A stretch of DNA of 64,000 nt from Squalus acanthias (lineage: Eukaryota). Every line of letters starts with the position of its first letter. Within the stretch, counting starts at the first letter, position 1. The notes below the pieces were generated by a model. It saw only the letters and a list, made by a program, of their open reading frames with translations. It was not told the origin of the DNA and ran no database searches. This document shows, piece after piece, positions 24,568 through 35,949 of the stretch. Position numbers and translations under genes: made by a program. Location: the NCBI GenBank assembly GCA_030390025.1, contig CM059432.1, forward strand, positions 140,308,001 to 140,372,000, in the 5' to 3' direction.

Positions 24568-25356
24568 CTACGTCATGTATCGTGACATGAACCTAAGATC
24601 CCGGTTGAGGCCGTCCTCATGAGTGCGGAACTTGGCTATCAGTTTCTGCTCGATGATTTTGCGTTGTCGTGTGTCTCTAAGGCCGCCTTGGAGAACGCTT
24701 ACCCGCAGATCCGAGGCTGAATATCCTTGACTGCTGAAGTGTTCCCCGACTGGGAGGGAACACTCCTGCCTGGCGATTGTTGCGCGGTGTCCGTTCATAC
24801 GTTGTCTCAGTGTCTGCATGGTCTCGCCGATGTGCCATGCTCTGGGGCATCCTTTCCTGCAACGTATCAGATAGACAACGTTGGCCGAGTCACATGAGTA
24901 TGTACCATGTACCTGGTGGGTAGTGTCCTCACGTGTGATGATGGTATCTGTGTTGATGATCTGGCATGTCTTGCAGAGGTTGCCGTGGCAGGGTTGTGTG
25001 GTGTCGTGGTCGCTGTTATCCTGAAAGCTGGGTAATTTGCTGCGAATGATGGTACTTCTGAGGTTAGGCGGCTGTTTGAAGGCAAGTAGTGGAGGCGTGG
25101 GGATGGCCTTAGCGAGGTGTTCATCGTCATCGATGACATGTTGAAGGCTGCGAAGAACATGGCGTAGTTTCTCCGCTCCGGGGAAGTACTGGACGACGTA
25201 GGGTACCCTGTTGGTTGTGTCCCGTGTTTGCCTTCTGAGGAGGTCTATGCGATTTTTCGCTGTGGCCCATCGGAACTGTCGATCAATGAGTCGAGCGTCA
25301 TATCCCGTTCTTACGAGAGCGTTTTTCAGCGTCCGTAGGTGTCCATCGCGTTCCTC
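24568..25356 (-). pseudogene. Truncated PLE ORF (RT C-terminal region plus GIY-YIG endonuclease), left arm
   Basis: NVVYLIRC...WHIGET: the YIG motif reads HIG; frame open. Confidence 0.9.
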
Positions 25357-25357
25357 G

Positions 25358-26140
25358 CGCGATGGACACCTACGGACGCTGAAAAACGTCCTCGTAAGAA
25401 CGGGATATGACGCTCGACTCATCGATCGACAGTTCCGACGGGCCACAGCGAAAAATCGCATAGGCCTCCTCAGAAGGCAAACACGGGACACAACCAACAG
25501 GGTACCCTACGTCGTCCAGTACTTCCCCGGAGCGGAGAAACTACGCCATGTTCTTCGCAGCCTTCAACATGTCATCGATGACGACGAACACCTCGCTAAG
25601 GCCATCCCCACGCCTCCACTACTTGCCTTCAAACAGCTGCCTAACCTCAGAAGTACCATCGTTCGCAGCAAATTACCCAGCTTTCAGGATAACAGCGACC
25701 ATGACACCACACAACCCTGCCACGGCAACCTCTGCAAGACATGCCAGATCATCAACACAGATACCATCATCACACGTGAGGACACTACCCACCAGGTACA
25801 TGGTACATACTCATGTGACTCGGCCAACGTTGTCTACCTGATACGTTGCAGGAAAGGATGCCCCAGAGCATGGTACATCGGCGAGACCATGCAGACACTG
25901 AGACAACGTATGAACGGACACCGCACAACAATCGCCAGGCAGGAGTGTTCCCTCCCAGTCGGGGAACACTTCAGCAGTCAAGGACATTCAGCCTCGGATC
26001 TGCGGGTAAGCGTTCTCCAAGGCGGCCTTAGAGACACACGACAACGCAAAATCATCGAGCAGAAACTGATAGCCAAGTTCCGCACTCATGAAGACGGCCT
26101 CAACCGGGATCTTAGGTTCATGTCACGATACATGACGTAG
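25358..26140 (+). pseudogene. Truncated PLE ORF (RT C-terminal region, Cys-rich linker, GIY-YIG endonuclease), right arm
   Basis: PCHGNLCKTC linker; NVVYLIRCRKGC...YIGET...LRQRMNGH...VGEHF...EQKLI...GLN; no stops or frameshifts. Confidence 0.92.
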
Positions 26141-26457
26141 AGTCATCCAGACTCAAGTCGTCGTTGGCTTGTTCACAGATGTGATATCCAGTAAAAAAAA
26201 GTAAAAATTTTAAAGTTTATCGTTTTCCATACAGACTGCAGCTTTTGACACATTAGACCCCCTGTAACCCCACCTCATTGTCTCAGTTGTATCTTGCTAT
26301 GTCTTTGATGTGGTGTCTTCCTGGTTGACCTGATTGTTTATCTGCCGAGGTGTGACAAAAGGCAGTCAGGAGGATTAAATGTAATCGTCTGCCATTGTAC
26401 GCTTCACATGCATTGTTCTCTATCCATATATGTTTTGTCGATTTGTATTCCTTCACT

Positions 26458-26494
26458 TCACCTGACGAAGGAGCAGCGCTCCGAAAGCTTGTGA
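26458..26494 (+). ncRNA. Minimal hammerhead ribozyme motif in the right arm
   Basis: Stem I ucac/guga, CUGACGA, stem II ggagc/gcucc, GAAA, palindromic AGCU in place of stem III; AATAAA follows at about 26500. Confidence 0.78.
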
Positions 26495-26933
26495 TTTCAA
26501 ATAAAGCTGTTGGACTATAACCTGGTGTTGTGCGACTTCTCACTTTTGTCCACCCCAGTCCAACACCGGCATCTCCGCATCCTTTTTATAAGCGTAGGTT
26601 CTTCAATACTTACCCTCCTGTAGAAACCTGAAAAAAAATCTAAGTTTGCTGCATGCGCGCAGCCTCTAGCGCGCACGCGGTTCACTTAGGAAACGCCCCC
26701 TTCACCAGACCGGAAGTTCCGGTTTCCCGCGCATGCGCAGTGCATGCAGAAAACCGGCACTTCGGGACGCATTACGGGTGAGTTCGCACTGTGTACTCAC
26801 TCGGGAAGGGCCGAATTTTTGGCCCAACATTATTTGCTGTCTGAAAGCTTTGTAATTTAGGTGAACACATGAGTAATATCAACATAACAGAGCTTGGAAA
26901 CACAGTCGAGAAAGTATCCATCTGCAAGTAGGC

Positions 26934-27190
26934 AGTCAGCCGTGGCTCAGTGGGTAGCATTCCTATTCTTATACTGTGTTAGAAGGTTGTGGGTTCAAGT
27001 CCCACTCCAGAGATTTAAGCACAAAAATCTAGGCTGACACTCCAGTGCAGTGCTGCACTGTTGGAGGCACCATCTTTCAGATGAGACATTAAACAGTAGG
27101 TTCTGTCCAAGGACCCTATTTGCTCTGGCAGGTGGATATGAAAGATCCCATGGCACTATTTTGAAGAAGAGCACGAGAGTTATCCCCAGT
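26934..27190 (+). mobile_element. DeuSINE 5' half
   Basis: A box tggctcagtgg, B box ggttcaagtcc, Deu-type core. Confidence 0.85.
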
Positions 27191-27461
27191 GCTGAGGAGT
27201 GGTGTAACCAGGAGTGTTTCTGTTCCAAATTCAGCTTGGGAATGCCTCTGAATACCTCTTGAGCGGGTAAAAGTGGTCCCCATACCTCCTGGTACTTGTC
27301 TGTTGTCCTGGTATGGTTAAATCTGTTTCAGGCTCATTCCCTAGTCTGCTGGATAATCTCAGCAATGGGGACCTTCTTCAATGTTCCCATGCATTCAGCC
27401 AGTGTTGCTGCTCCTGATCACTGTCCAAAGTTTGTGTGTAAGGACAGGATTGGGTTCTGCT

Positions 27462-27720
27462 ATAGAATTATACAGCACAGAAGGAGGCCATTGTGCCTGT
27501 GCTGGCTCTTTGAAAGAGCTGTCCAATTAGACCTGCTCTTTCAGGCAGTGCACTCCAGATCGTAACAACTCGCTGCATAAAAAAAATTCTCCCCTCTGGT
27601 TCTTTTGTCAATTATCTTAAATCTGTGTCCTCTGGTTACCGACCCTCCTGCCAGTGGGAACAGTTCCTCTTTATTTACTCTATCAAAACCCCTCATAATT
27701 TCGAACACCTCTATTAAATC
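27462..27720 (-). mobile_element. CR1 LINE 3' end
   Basis: DLIEVFEIMRGFDRVNKEELFP...TRGHRFK. Confidence 0.85.
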
Positions 27721-28051
27721 TAAATAGGCTTCTACATAGGGTTCTGCAATGCAGTGCATGTGCGCAGACTTCAAATGAGCAAAGGAGTGAGCGTGGTTTA
27801 TTAAGCTGCCCACATTAGGCTTGGACAAGTGGACGGCTGGTGGAGTGTCAGTGCCTGTGAAACTGTACTCCAGCATAAGTCCTCCTCACCTGAAGGAAGA
27901 GAGGGAGACGCCTCTTTGTAGGGCCAGGGAAGGAACATGTGTGCAATATCAAGAGGAGGTACAACTGAGAGGGTGTTTGGAATAGAAGGCAGATGAGAAC
28001 CACACAAGTAAGTTACAGTTTGAAAAAACGTCCTTGTCCTACATAATTAAA

Positions 28052-28144
28052 TAGGGTTCACCTGACAAAGGAGCAGCGCTCCGAAAGCTTGTGATTTCAA
28101 ATAAAGCTGTTGGACTATAACCTGGTGTTGTGCGACTTCTCACT
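28052..28144 (+). mobile_element. Solo Penelope family 1 terminal repeat with mutated hammerhead core
   Basis: Matches 26457-26545; exact 12-bp TSD tacataattaaa (28040-28051, 28145-28156); core reads CTGACAA. Confidence 0.9.
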
Positions 28145-28178
28145 TACATAATTAAAGCCACAGCTACATCATAAAAGG

Positions 28179-28465
28179 TGTCAGCCGTGGCTCAGTGGGT
28201 AGCACTCTCGTTTCCGAGTTAGAAAGGTTGTGGGTTCAAAGTCCCACTCCTGGGACTTGAGAATAAAATCTAGGCTGACACTCCCAGTGTAATACCGAGG
28301 GAGAGCTGTTCTGTCGGGGATGCCGTTTGTCGCAAAAAAAGTTAAACTGGGGACCCTGCTGTCCTCTCTGGTGGACATAAAAGATCCCACAGCACTATTT
28401 CGTTAGAACAGCAGGGGAGTTCTTCCCGGTGTCCAGGCCAATATTTACTCCTCAACCACCATCAT
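28179..28465 (+). mobile_element. DeuSINE 5' portion
   Basis: tRNA-like head and Deu-type core. Confidence 0.85.
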
Positions 28466-29449
28466 CGGGTCGCTCCTATTAAGAATACACATTTTGATAA
28501 AATAAGAGCGAATACTGCAGTTCTCACTTTATATTTGGTTTATGTTTGCTACTTACAGCTACATGATGACATTTTGTAAATGATTCCCTTAGTGGTGTGT
28601 AAAGTAGTTGTGATGTACATGGAAAAGTATTTACTATTACAGTAATATGAGAAATCATTTAAGTATCAGCATTTTGTATTGCATTGCAAGGAAAACATCT
28701 TGGCATATATTGACCAAATAAGTCCAATTAGCAACATGTGATTTAGTTAGTATTACACAATTAACAAGTTTATCTGCATACAGTAGTAACCAATTAAAAC
28801 ACACTCATACCTCTGCAAATTGGAGCTTTGAAACTAGCCGCCAGATGATTGTGCAAATTTGCAATATAAGCCGGAGTCACAGAAATATACCCGACTTCAT
28901 TTTTTTCTGAAAGTCTACACGTTGGCGCAGTTCCTCAAAATCTTAGATTTTTCAGGGGATCAACTTTATTTAGTACCTAAACACACAGTTATAAAGATAA
29001 GTGTGTGTTTTGGGGGCGAAGGGTCATGGTTTTGTTTCGAGAAAGATTTGGTGGGATTTATTGTTTTTTGGAAGGGAATTGGGGAATACCAAATTTTTAG
29101 ATAGTTGATAGAGAATATAAAACTAGGGAATGATTACAAGGCAGTTTACCCAATCCCGAAAATCAGATAGCTAGCTCTTACTCTTAATTCTCGAACTCTT
29201 AAATTACTCTTGTGCTTTCATTACTTTTATGATATAGATTGTGGAATTGTTGGGCAGATTAATTTTAGTTTTCTGCTTTTTTTTGGCATTGTTGGAGGAG
29301 GGGAATTCAAGCTAAGACACTCGATGCAGTTGATGGACATTGCCATCTGCACTATAGAGTTGATTGTCAGAATCGCTAGAAGTTGAGCAAAATAAGAAAT
29401 TAGCTATTGTAGTGTATATATGTTATGCACATTGGAAGTAATAGTTTGA

Positions 29450-30112
29450 AAATGGAGAGGGTGCAGAAGAGATTTACTAGAATGGTGCCAGGGATGAGAG
29501 ACTTCAGTTATGTGGAGAGACTGGAGAAGCTGGGATTGTTCTCCTTAGAGCAGAGAAGGTTAAGAGGAGATTTGATAGAGGTGTTCAAAATCATGAAGGG
29601 TTTTGATAGAGTAAATAAGGAGAAACTGTTTCCACTGGTAGGATGGTTGGTAACCAGAGGACACAGATTTAAGGTGATTGGCAAAAGAACCAGAGGCGAC
29701 ATTTTTTTACACAGCGAGTTGTTGTGATCTGGAATGCACCGCCTGAAAGGGTGGTGGAAGCAGATTCAATAGTAACTTTCAAAAGAGAATTAGATATATA
29801 CTTGAAGGGAAAAAAATATACAGGGCTATGGGGAAAGAGCAGGAGGAGTAGGACTAATTGGATAGCTCTACCAAAGAGCCAGCACAGGCACGATCGGCCG
29901 GATGGCCGCCTTCCGTGCTGTACCATTCTATGATCACTAAAACAGATTATCTGGTGATTATCTCAGTGCTGTTTGTGGGAGCTTGCTGTGCACAAAATTG
30001 GCTGCCACGTTTCCTACATTACAACATTTACTACACTTCAAAAGTACTTAATTGGCTGTAAAGCGCTTAAGGATCGTGAAAGGCGCTATATAAATGCAAG
30101 TACTTTCTTTCT
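29450..30112 (+). mobile_element. CR1 3' end (to about 29933) followed by a DeuSINE 3' half
   Basis: ERVQKRFTRMVPG...RRLRGDLIEVFKIMKG, then SINE tail sequence. Confidence 0.88.
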
Positions 30113-30170
30113 CATGTGAACACAGTTAAAAGAGCAGTAAAAAGTTGGGATGTTAGTAAGCACTTCTTCA

Positions 30171-30912
30171 AACAAAGGGCAGTGGAGATCTGGAACATAA
30201 AGGGCAGTGGAAATCTAGAACACAAGGGGCAGTGGAAATCTAGAACACAAGGGGCAGTGGAAATCTAGAACACAAAGGGCAGTGGAAATCTAGAACATAA
30301 AGGGCAGTGGAAATCTAGAACACAAAGGGCAGTGGAAATCTAGAACACAAGGGGCAGTGGAGATCTAGAACACAAAGGGCAGTGGAGATCTAGAACACAA
30401 AGGGCAGTGGAGATCTAGAACAGAAAGGGCAGTGGAGATCTAGAACAGAAAGGGCAGTGGAAATCTAGAACACAAAGGGCAGTGGAAATCTAGAACACAA
30501 AGGGCAGTGGAGATCTAGAACACAAAGGGCAGTGGAGATCTAGAACAGAAAGGGCAGTGGAGATCTAGAACAGAAAGGGCAGTGGAGATCTAGAACAGAA
30601 AGGGCAGTGGAAATCTAGAACACAAAGGGCAGTGGAGATCTAGAATAGAAAGGGCAGTGGAGATCTAGAACACAAGGGGCAGTGGAAATCTGGAACACAA
30701 AGGGCAGTGGAGATCTAGAACAGAAAGGGCAGTGGAGATCTAGAACACAAAGGGCAGTGGGGATCTAGAACACAAAGGGCAGTGGAAATCTAGAACACAA
30801 GGGGCAGTGGAAATCTAGAACACAAGGGGCAGTGGAAATCTAGAACACAAGGGGCAGTGGAAATCTAGAACATAAAGGGCAGTGGAAATCTAGAACACAA
30901 GGGGCAGTGGAG
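30171..30912 (+). repeat. 25-bp minisatellite, about 30 copies (aacacaaagggcagtggaratctag)
   Basis: Directly visible tandem array. Confidence 0.97.
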
Positions 30913-31069
30913 AAGAATGAATACGCTATTAGTTGGAAGGCCTTGTTAGATAGTGCTTCAGTCCAACACTGGAAGAAAAAGAAAAGGGAAATCTCAAATG
31001 TAGTAACATTCTTACCATTTGTGTTTTACCAATCATGGTAACCTTGGTCCCCATGGGTTGCTTCTAAGT

Positions 31070-31497
31070 ATAGAAACATAGAATCTAGGAGCAGGAGTAG
31101 GCCATTCGGCCCGTCGAGCCTGCTCCACCATTCAATACAATCATGGCTGATCATCCAAATCCAGTACCCTGTCCCTGCTTTAATCCCCACAGTACACATA
31201 TCCCACCCTACCCCCGTAACCCCACGTATTTAATTCCCCCTAACATATCCCATCCTATCCCCATAACCCCACATATTTAATCCCCCCCTAACACTAAGGG
31301 TCAATTTATCACAACCAAATCAACCTAACCCGCACATTTTTGGACTGTGGGAGGAAACCGGAGCACCCGGAGGAAACCCACGCAGACACGGGGAGAATGT
31401 GCAAACTCCACACAGACAGTCACCCGAGGTCAGATTCGAACCCGGGTCCCTGGCGCTGTGAGGCACCAGTGCTAACCAGTATGCCACCGTGTTGCCC
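31070..31497 (-). mobile_element. V-SINE (HE1-like) with CR1-derived tail
   Basis: tRNA head (gggttcgaatc), V-domain gggtttcctccgggtgctccggtttcctcccac, CR1-type 3' end. Confidence 0.88.
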
Positions 31498-32429
31498 ATA
31501 TGTTGCAACAGCAAAGCTTCCCTTGGCCTATGTGCAAGGTCCAGAACCAAGCTGACAGCTCAGTTTGTGGCTCAATCTGTTGCTCAGCGCCCTGGAGGGG
31601 AAATCAGCCTCATTGTAGATACCTCTCTTTACCAAAGCCCTTTACATGAGGATCTTGAGTATACAAATAAGCCTGAGAACTTGCATCTTTTGTGCTGGCC
31701 TGTTGACGAGTAATGATTCGTCATGGAAAAAACAACCTGACTTGACATAAAATGGCGTGACATTAAAAAAAAAGGTCATTTTGCCCGTTGTTGCTGTGAA
31801 GGCTTGAGGCCTTTATTTTTCCCAGCACAATGGCTGAACATGTCTTGATAATAATTTGCTGTGTTAGGAAGGTTTAGGCATGCCCTTGACAAGCTTCGAG
31901 CTGGCAGGTAGTTGATGGACGTGTAAAATCTATTACCGGCCCGCTCGCGTTTTTTTATTTTTGTTTCGTTGCAGTCTACCAGTTCTGATCTGGATTCAAC
32001 TAGTTGCCTAAGTTTGTTGCACATTACACTGAAACCTTGTTTATAAATTGATCCAAAATTTACAGTCCCCTCAAATCAAAGGGACTCATATCAGCTTCCA
32101 GCCCCAGCCAGAAGTATGATTCTTATGAGCCTAAAGAGAGAGACAAATGCACACACACATGCAAACAATTCGACTGAGTTTATTTTCAAACAATGTGGTG
32201 GGTGGGATGTGTGGAATAAGACAAAAATGTGGCTCCCATTTCAAAAGAGTGGAAATTGGCTATCCAGGACACCATCTACATAAGCATTTAAATAATTATA
32301 TTCATGTAATTTGGGGAAAGAACATTTGTTCTTGATTATTTAAGGTTTGAGAGTTGAATGTTGGGTTAGTAGAGGTAGAAATCATTTTAATCCCAGGTGA
32401 AATAATCTTTATGTAGGATATACGGAGGT

Positions 32430-33825
32430 GATCAGGTTATTGAACTTCAATATAGATAAGTGTGAAGTAGTACATTTTAGTGGGAATACTAAGGAGGCTG
32501 CATACCCTTTGGAAAAATAAGGCCTGAATTTTAATTGGGAGGTGGGTTGGGGGTGTGGGGGCTCGGAAGCAGTCAGGAAACCCGGGAGAACACCCGAATT
32601 TAATGGCAGGGGCTGACTTGCATTGGAAACCTTTGTTTCTTACCCGCAACCAGCCAAATTGAGAGGCTGGCTGGCTGTGGGTGGGCAGGCCTGCGGCACT
32701 AGGCCACAGTGAGGAGGGAGGGAGGGATTGTGTGGGGTGCCGGGTGTGGGGAATCGGAGGCCTGGAGGGCGGGGAGGTGGGGGGGGGATCGGCTGTCTCC
32801 TGGGGGGTTCTCTGATCCTTGGGGTTGGGTTAGGCAGGGATGCTGGATCCAGGAGGTAAGTGTAAAGGCACTTACCTCCTGGATCCAGCCATCCTCACCT
32901 TGCATTAGCTGGCAGCTTTCACGAGGCCTGCAAAACCCGACCAGCTACAGTTAATTTTAAAATGGTGTTTAAATCTGAGGCACACCAGCCTCATTATAAT
33001 ATTTAAATGGGCGATCCACCTCCTGCACCCCCCGTCCCGCCTCCGCTAAAATTGGAAGTGGGCGGGTTGGGGTCGGGATTCAGCCCTTTAACACTTTAGC
33101 TTCCCGCCTGACCCCAACCGGCCTGTTTTTTGGGGTTAAAATTCCCCCCCATGTGTCTAAATAAGGCAGAAGAGCAAAGTGGGTAAAGATACACAAATCA
33201 CTAAAAGTTATACAGGGATAGAATTGAAAAGCAACGTAGTTATGTTAAACTTGTATAGAACCTCGGCTAGACCACACTTGGAGTACTGTCTGTGCACAGT
33301 TCTGGTCTCCACATTATAAAAAGGATATAGAGGCACTGGTGAAGGTGCAAAATAAATTTACTAGGATGATACCAGAACTGAGAGCTTATACTTAATCAGG
33401 AAAGATTGAACAGGCTGGGGCTCTTTACTCTAGAAAAGAGAAGACTGAGGGGGTGACCTAATGGAGGTCTTTAAGATTATGAAGGGGTTTGATAGGGTAG
33501 ACGTAGAGAAGATATTTGCACTTGTGGGAGAGACCAGGACTAGGGAGACCATAAATATAAGACAGTCACTAATAAATCCAATAGGGAATTCAGGAGAAAC
33601 TTCTTTACCCAGAGAGTGGTGAGAATGTGGAACTCGCTACCACAGAGTAATTGAGGCGACGAGCATAGATGCATTTAAGGGGAAGCTGATAAACACATGA
33701 GGGAGAAAGGAATAGAAGGATTTGTCAATGGGGTTAGATGAAGAAGGGTGGGAACGAGTCTCGTGTGGAGCATAAACACCGGCGCGGACTTGTTGCACGA
33801 ATGGCCTGTTTCTGTGCTGTATGGA
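32430..33825 (+). mobile_element. Degraded CR1 LINE 3' portion interrupted by a MITE
   Basis: NFNIDKCEVVHF before the MITE; RPHLEYC and NFFTQRVVRMWNSLP after it. Confidence 0.8.
32521..33150. mobile_element. Harbinger-type MITE, family C
   Basis: Ends ggcctgaattttaa / ttaaaattcccc; shares blocks with 35389-35945 and 42295-43030. Confidence 0.8.
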
Positions 33826-34205
33826 GGTGATGATGTTGCTGTTAATTTGACGATCTCATGGTATGGCTTGGTAACTGGAATCCATTTTGAAAAAGCTGCA
33901 GTGTGATGTTCTGCCTAAAATGTACCCACATTTTTCCAGCAATATTACGTTTCTGCTCACACCAGGGAAGTGAACAAAAGTTGGCTTTTACAAAAGTCAA
34001 AGAAGCTTACGCGCTAACATGGACACGACACGTTGAAGTGCAAATGGCAAAGGCCTGGAATCGTGTTGGGTGCAAAAGGGGAACCAGCATAAGTAATGAC
34101 AAAAAAAAAACACATGCTCTCAGAGCAGTACATACCCACAAGAAATCTTAGGTGAAGGAATACCAGTGGAAATAAAAATCCTAGTTCTGTAAAATTGACT
34201 TCCAA

Positions 34206-34974
34206 GGGCTGGATTTTGCCAATGGGGAGCTTTTGGAGGTGGGACTCCCACTTGCCGGGTCGTTGTCCCGCCTCCATCGATTTGTGGCCAACCCACGCTA
34301 TTTTCCCTTGATTGACCTTGTTAAGCCCGCCCAGCGGGTTTAGCAGGTCAATTAATGAGAAGCCGGTTACAGAGAACGTCAGCGTATGATGTTTCATCTG
34401 TCAAATATTTTTGACAGGTGATTTGTCATCATTTGACAGCTCTGTGAAGCTGTCAAACACGGAAATTCTCTGCAAACCTCTTTCTTTAGCAGAAATTAGA
34501 TGGTTGTTGCATTGCGAGACTCTCCGCATCCCCAACTCTTGAAGCCTACAGGAAGAAACAAAGGTAAGTAAACTTTTACTAACACTTTCTACTCACCTCA
34601 CATACTCACCTCTCCACACTTGCACCCATCACTTACCTTCACAGCGCACTTTTGCACTCTTCCGACCCCCGCAGACCCAATGCTCGCCTCGGTGACCCTG
34701 GCGGGGTTCGCAGCCTTTGGGAAGCCCGCACTTGTGTGGGTAAAATGGGGATAATCCTCTTATCTGCCTGTTAACTACCTGTTAACAGGCAGTGGCTGTA
34801 ATCTCCTTCCCGCCTCCAAGGAGACGGGACCCGGCGCGGGCCGACTACCCGCCTCCTGGGAAGATAGCACGGAGGTGGGTTGGGGGCGGGATGGGCACCC
34901 ACCCCCAGATTATGCCATTTTCCCGGCAGTCCTGCCTCCATACCCGCCTCCCCAGGGCTGGCAAGATCGCGCCC
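34206..34974 (-). mobile_element. MITE family B, copy 2
   Basis: Reverse-complement homologue of 10084-10931; caa on both flanks. Confidence 0.9.
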
Positions 34975-35129
34975 CAAGTGTTAAAAATACACTATGCGAT
35001 ATGACAAATATCACCCTAAATCTTGCATAACCAGCTTCATTTGTAGAGATATTTTATCATCCATGACATATTTTGATGAATGAAGTGATCACATTCATAA
35101 ATTTGTAATAATTTCCAGGGAAAGTGGAT

Positions 35130-35362
35130 AGCCCAGTGGATTTGAATCCAGCCCAGAGTGATCGAGTGGAACTCTCCTCTCTAACCTTAAAGGCCATAAT
35201 TAAGATTATTTGGACAGCCTGAAATCAGTTCCTTGTTCAAAGTAGAAAGCTCGTACTAAATTGGCAATTTCACTCAGGCCACAGGAATGGTTGGCAAAGG
35301 AAGGGAATAATTCTGACTGGTGTCGTATGAGGATGTCCTTCTCACTTTGAGCTGAGGCATTT
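35130..35362 (+). mobile_element. Old SINE remnant, possibly LF-SINE-like
   Basis: Scattered motifs (aatccagcccag, cagttcct, aattggca, tgaggca) in the order recalled for LF-SINE; not aligned. Confidence 0.3.
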
Positions 35363-35388
35363 GAAGATACCTTGATACTGACACAAAG

Positions 35389-35945
35389 GCCTCGATATTT
35401 ACTGGGGGGCCAGGAAGAGAGTGTTGGGGGGGGGTGGGTGCAGGGAGGGTGGAGGATTTTCGTGCAGGAAATCTGGAAGTAAGGGTTTCCCGGACGTCAT
35501 GACGAGATTAACCGCAGGACGTCTTTTAAATTTATTCAACAGATTTCCCGCCCAACAGCCAGCCTGATTGACAGGTTGTCGGGTGGGAAAGCGGCCGGGG
35601 AGCAGGTGTCAGCTAAGTCTGACATCACTGGCCGATCAAAGGGGTCCAATTGTGTGGAGGTTTGCTTGTTGGGCCGGGGGATGCGGGGAGTGGGGGGTTT
35701 GGAACACTCCTGCTCCTCCTGGCCCACAAGCAGTGCTGTAAAGGCACTTACCTGATGGATCCGGCCCTTCTCGCCTCCTTTTACCTGCCAGGATTCCCGA
35801 AGCCCGGGAAACCCAGCCTCCGTGAGTTAAAAATAAAAATGCTGTTCAAATGGAGGGATGCAGCCGCCTTAAAGGCTTGTACTGACCGACCCGCCTACTG
35901 ATTATTTCATGTTGGTTTTACTGTGGAATGATTTAAATAAGGTCT
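35389..35945. mobile_element. MITE family C copy, right end not found
   Basis: Left end ggcctcgatattt; internal similarity to 42295-43030; abuts a LINE tail. Confidence 0.7.
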
Positions 35946-35949
35946 TCCG

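Larger units (their letters stand above)
24161..26579. mobile_element. Penelope-like retroelement (probably Neptune clade): two 5'-truncated copies in inverted arrangement
   Basis: Arms 24161-25350 and 25358-26547 (1190 bp each), 7-nt spacer, extra tail 26548-26579, TSD tcctttttataa (24151-24162, 26580-26591). Confidence 0.95.
23632..26825 (-). mobile_element. MITE family A, copy 4, split by the Penelope palindrome (parts 23632-24162 and 26580-26825)
   Basis: The two parts rejoin into the reverse complement of copies 1-3; flanks aat / aac. Confidence 0.9.

Noticed and set aside
28810..28910. Possible minus-strand exon (similar cases near 41009-41067 minus and 60890-60992 plus)
   Set aside because: Weak acceptor or unrecognised peptide; no consistent gene model.
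30171..30912. CRISPR-like array
   Set aside because: Contiguous 25-bp units with no unique spacers; eukaryotic context.
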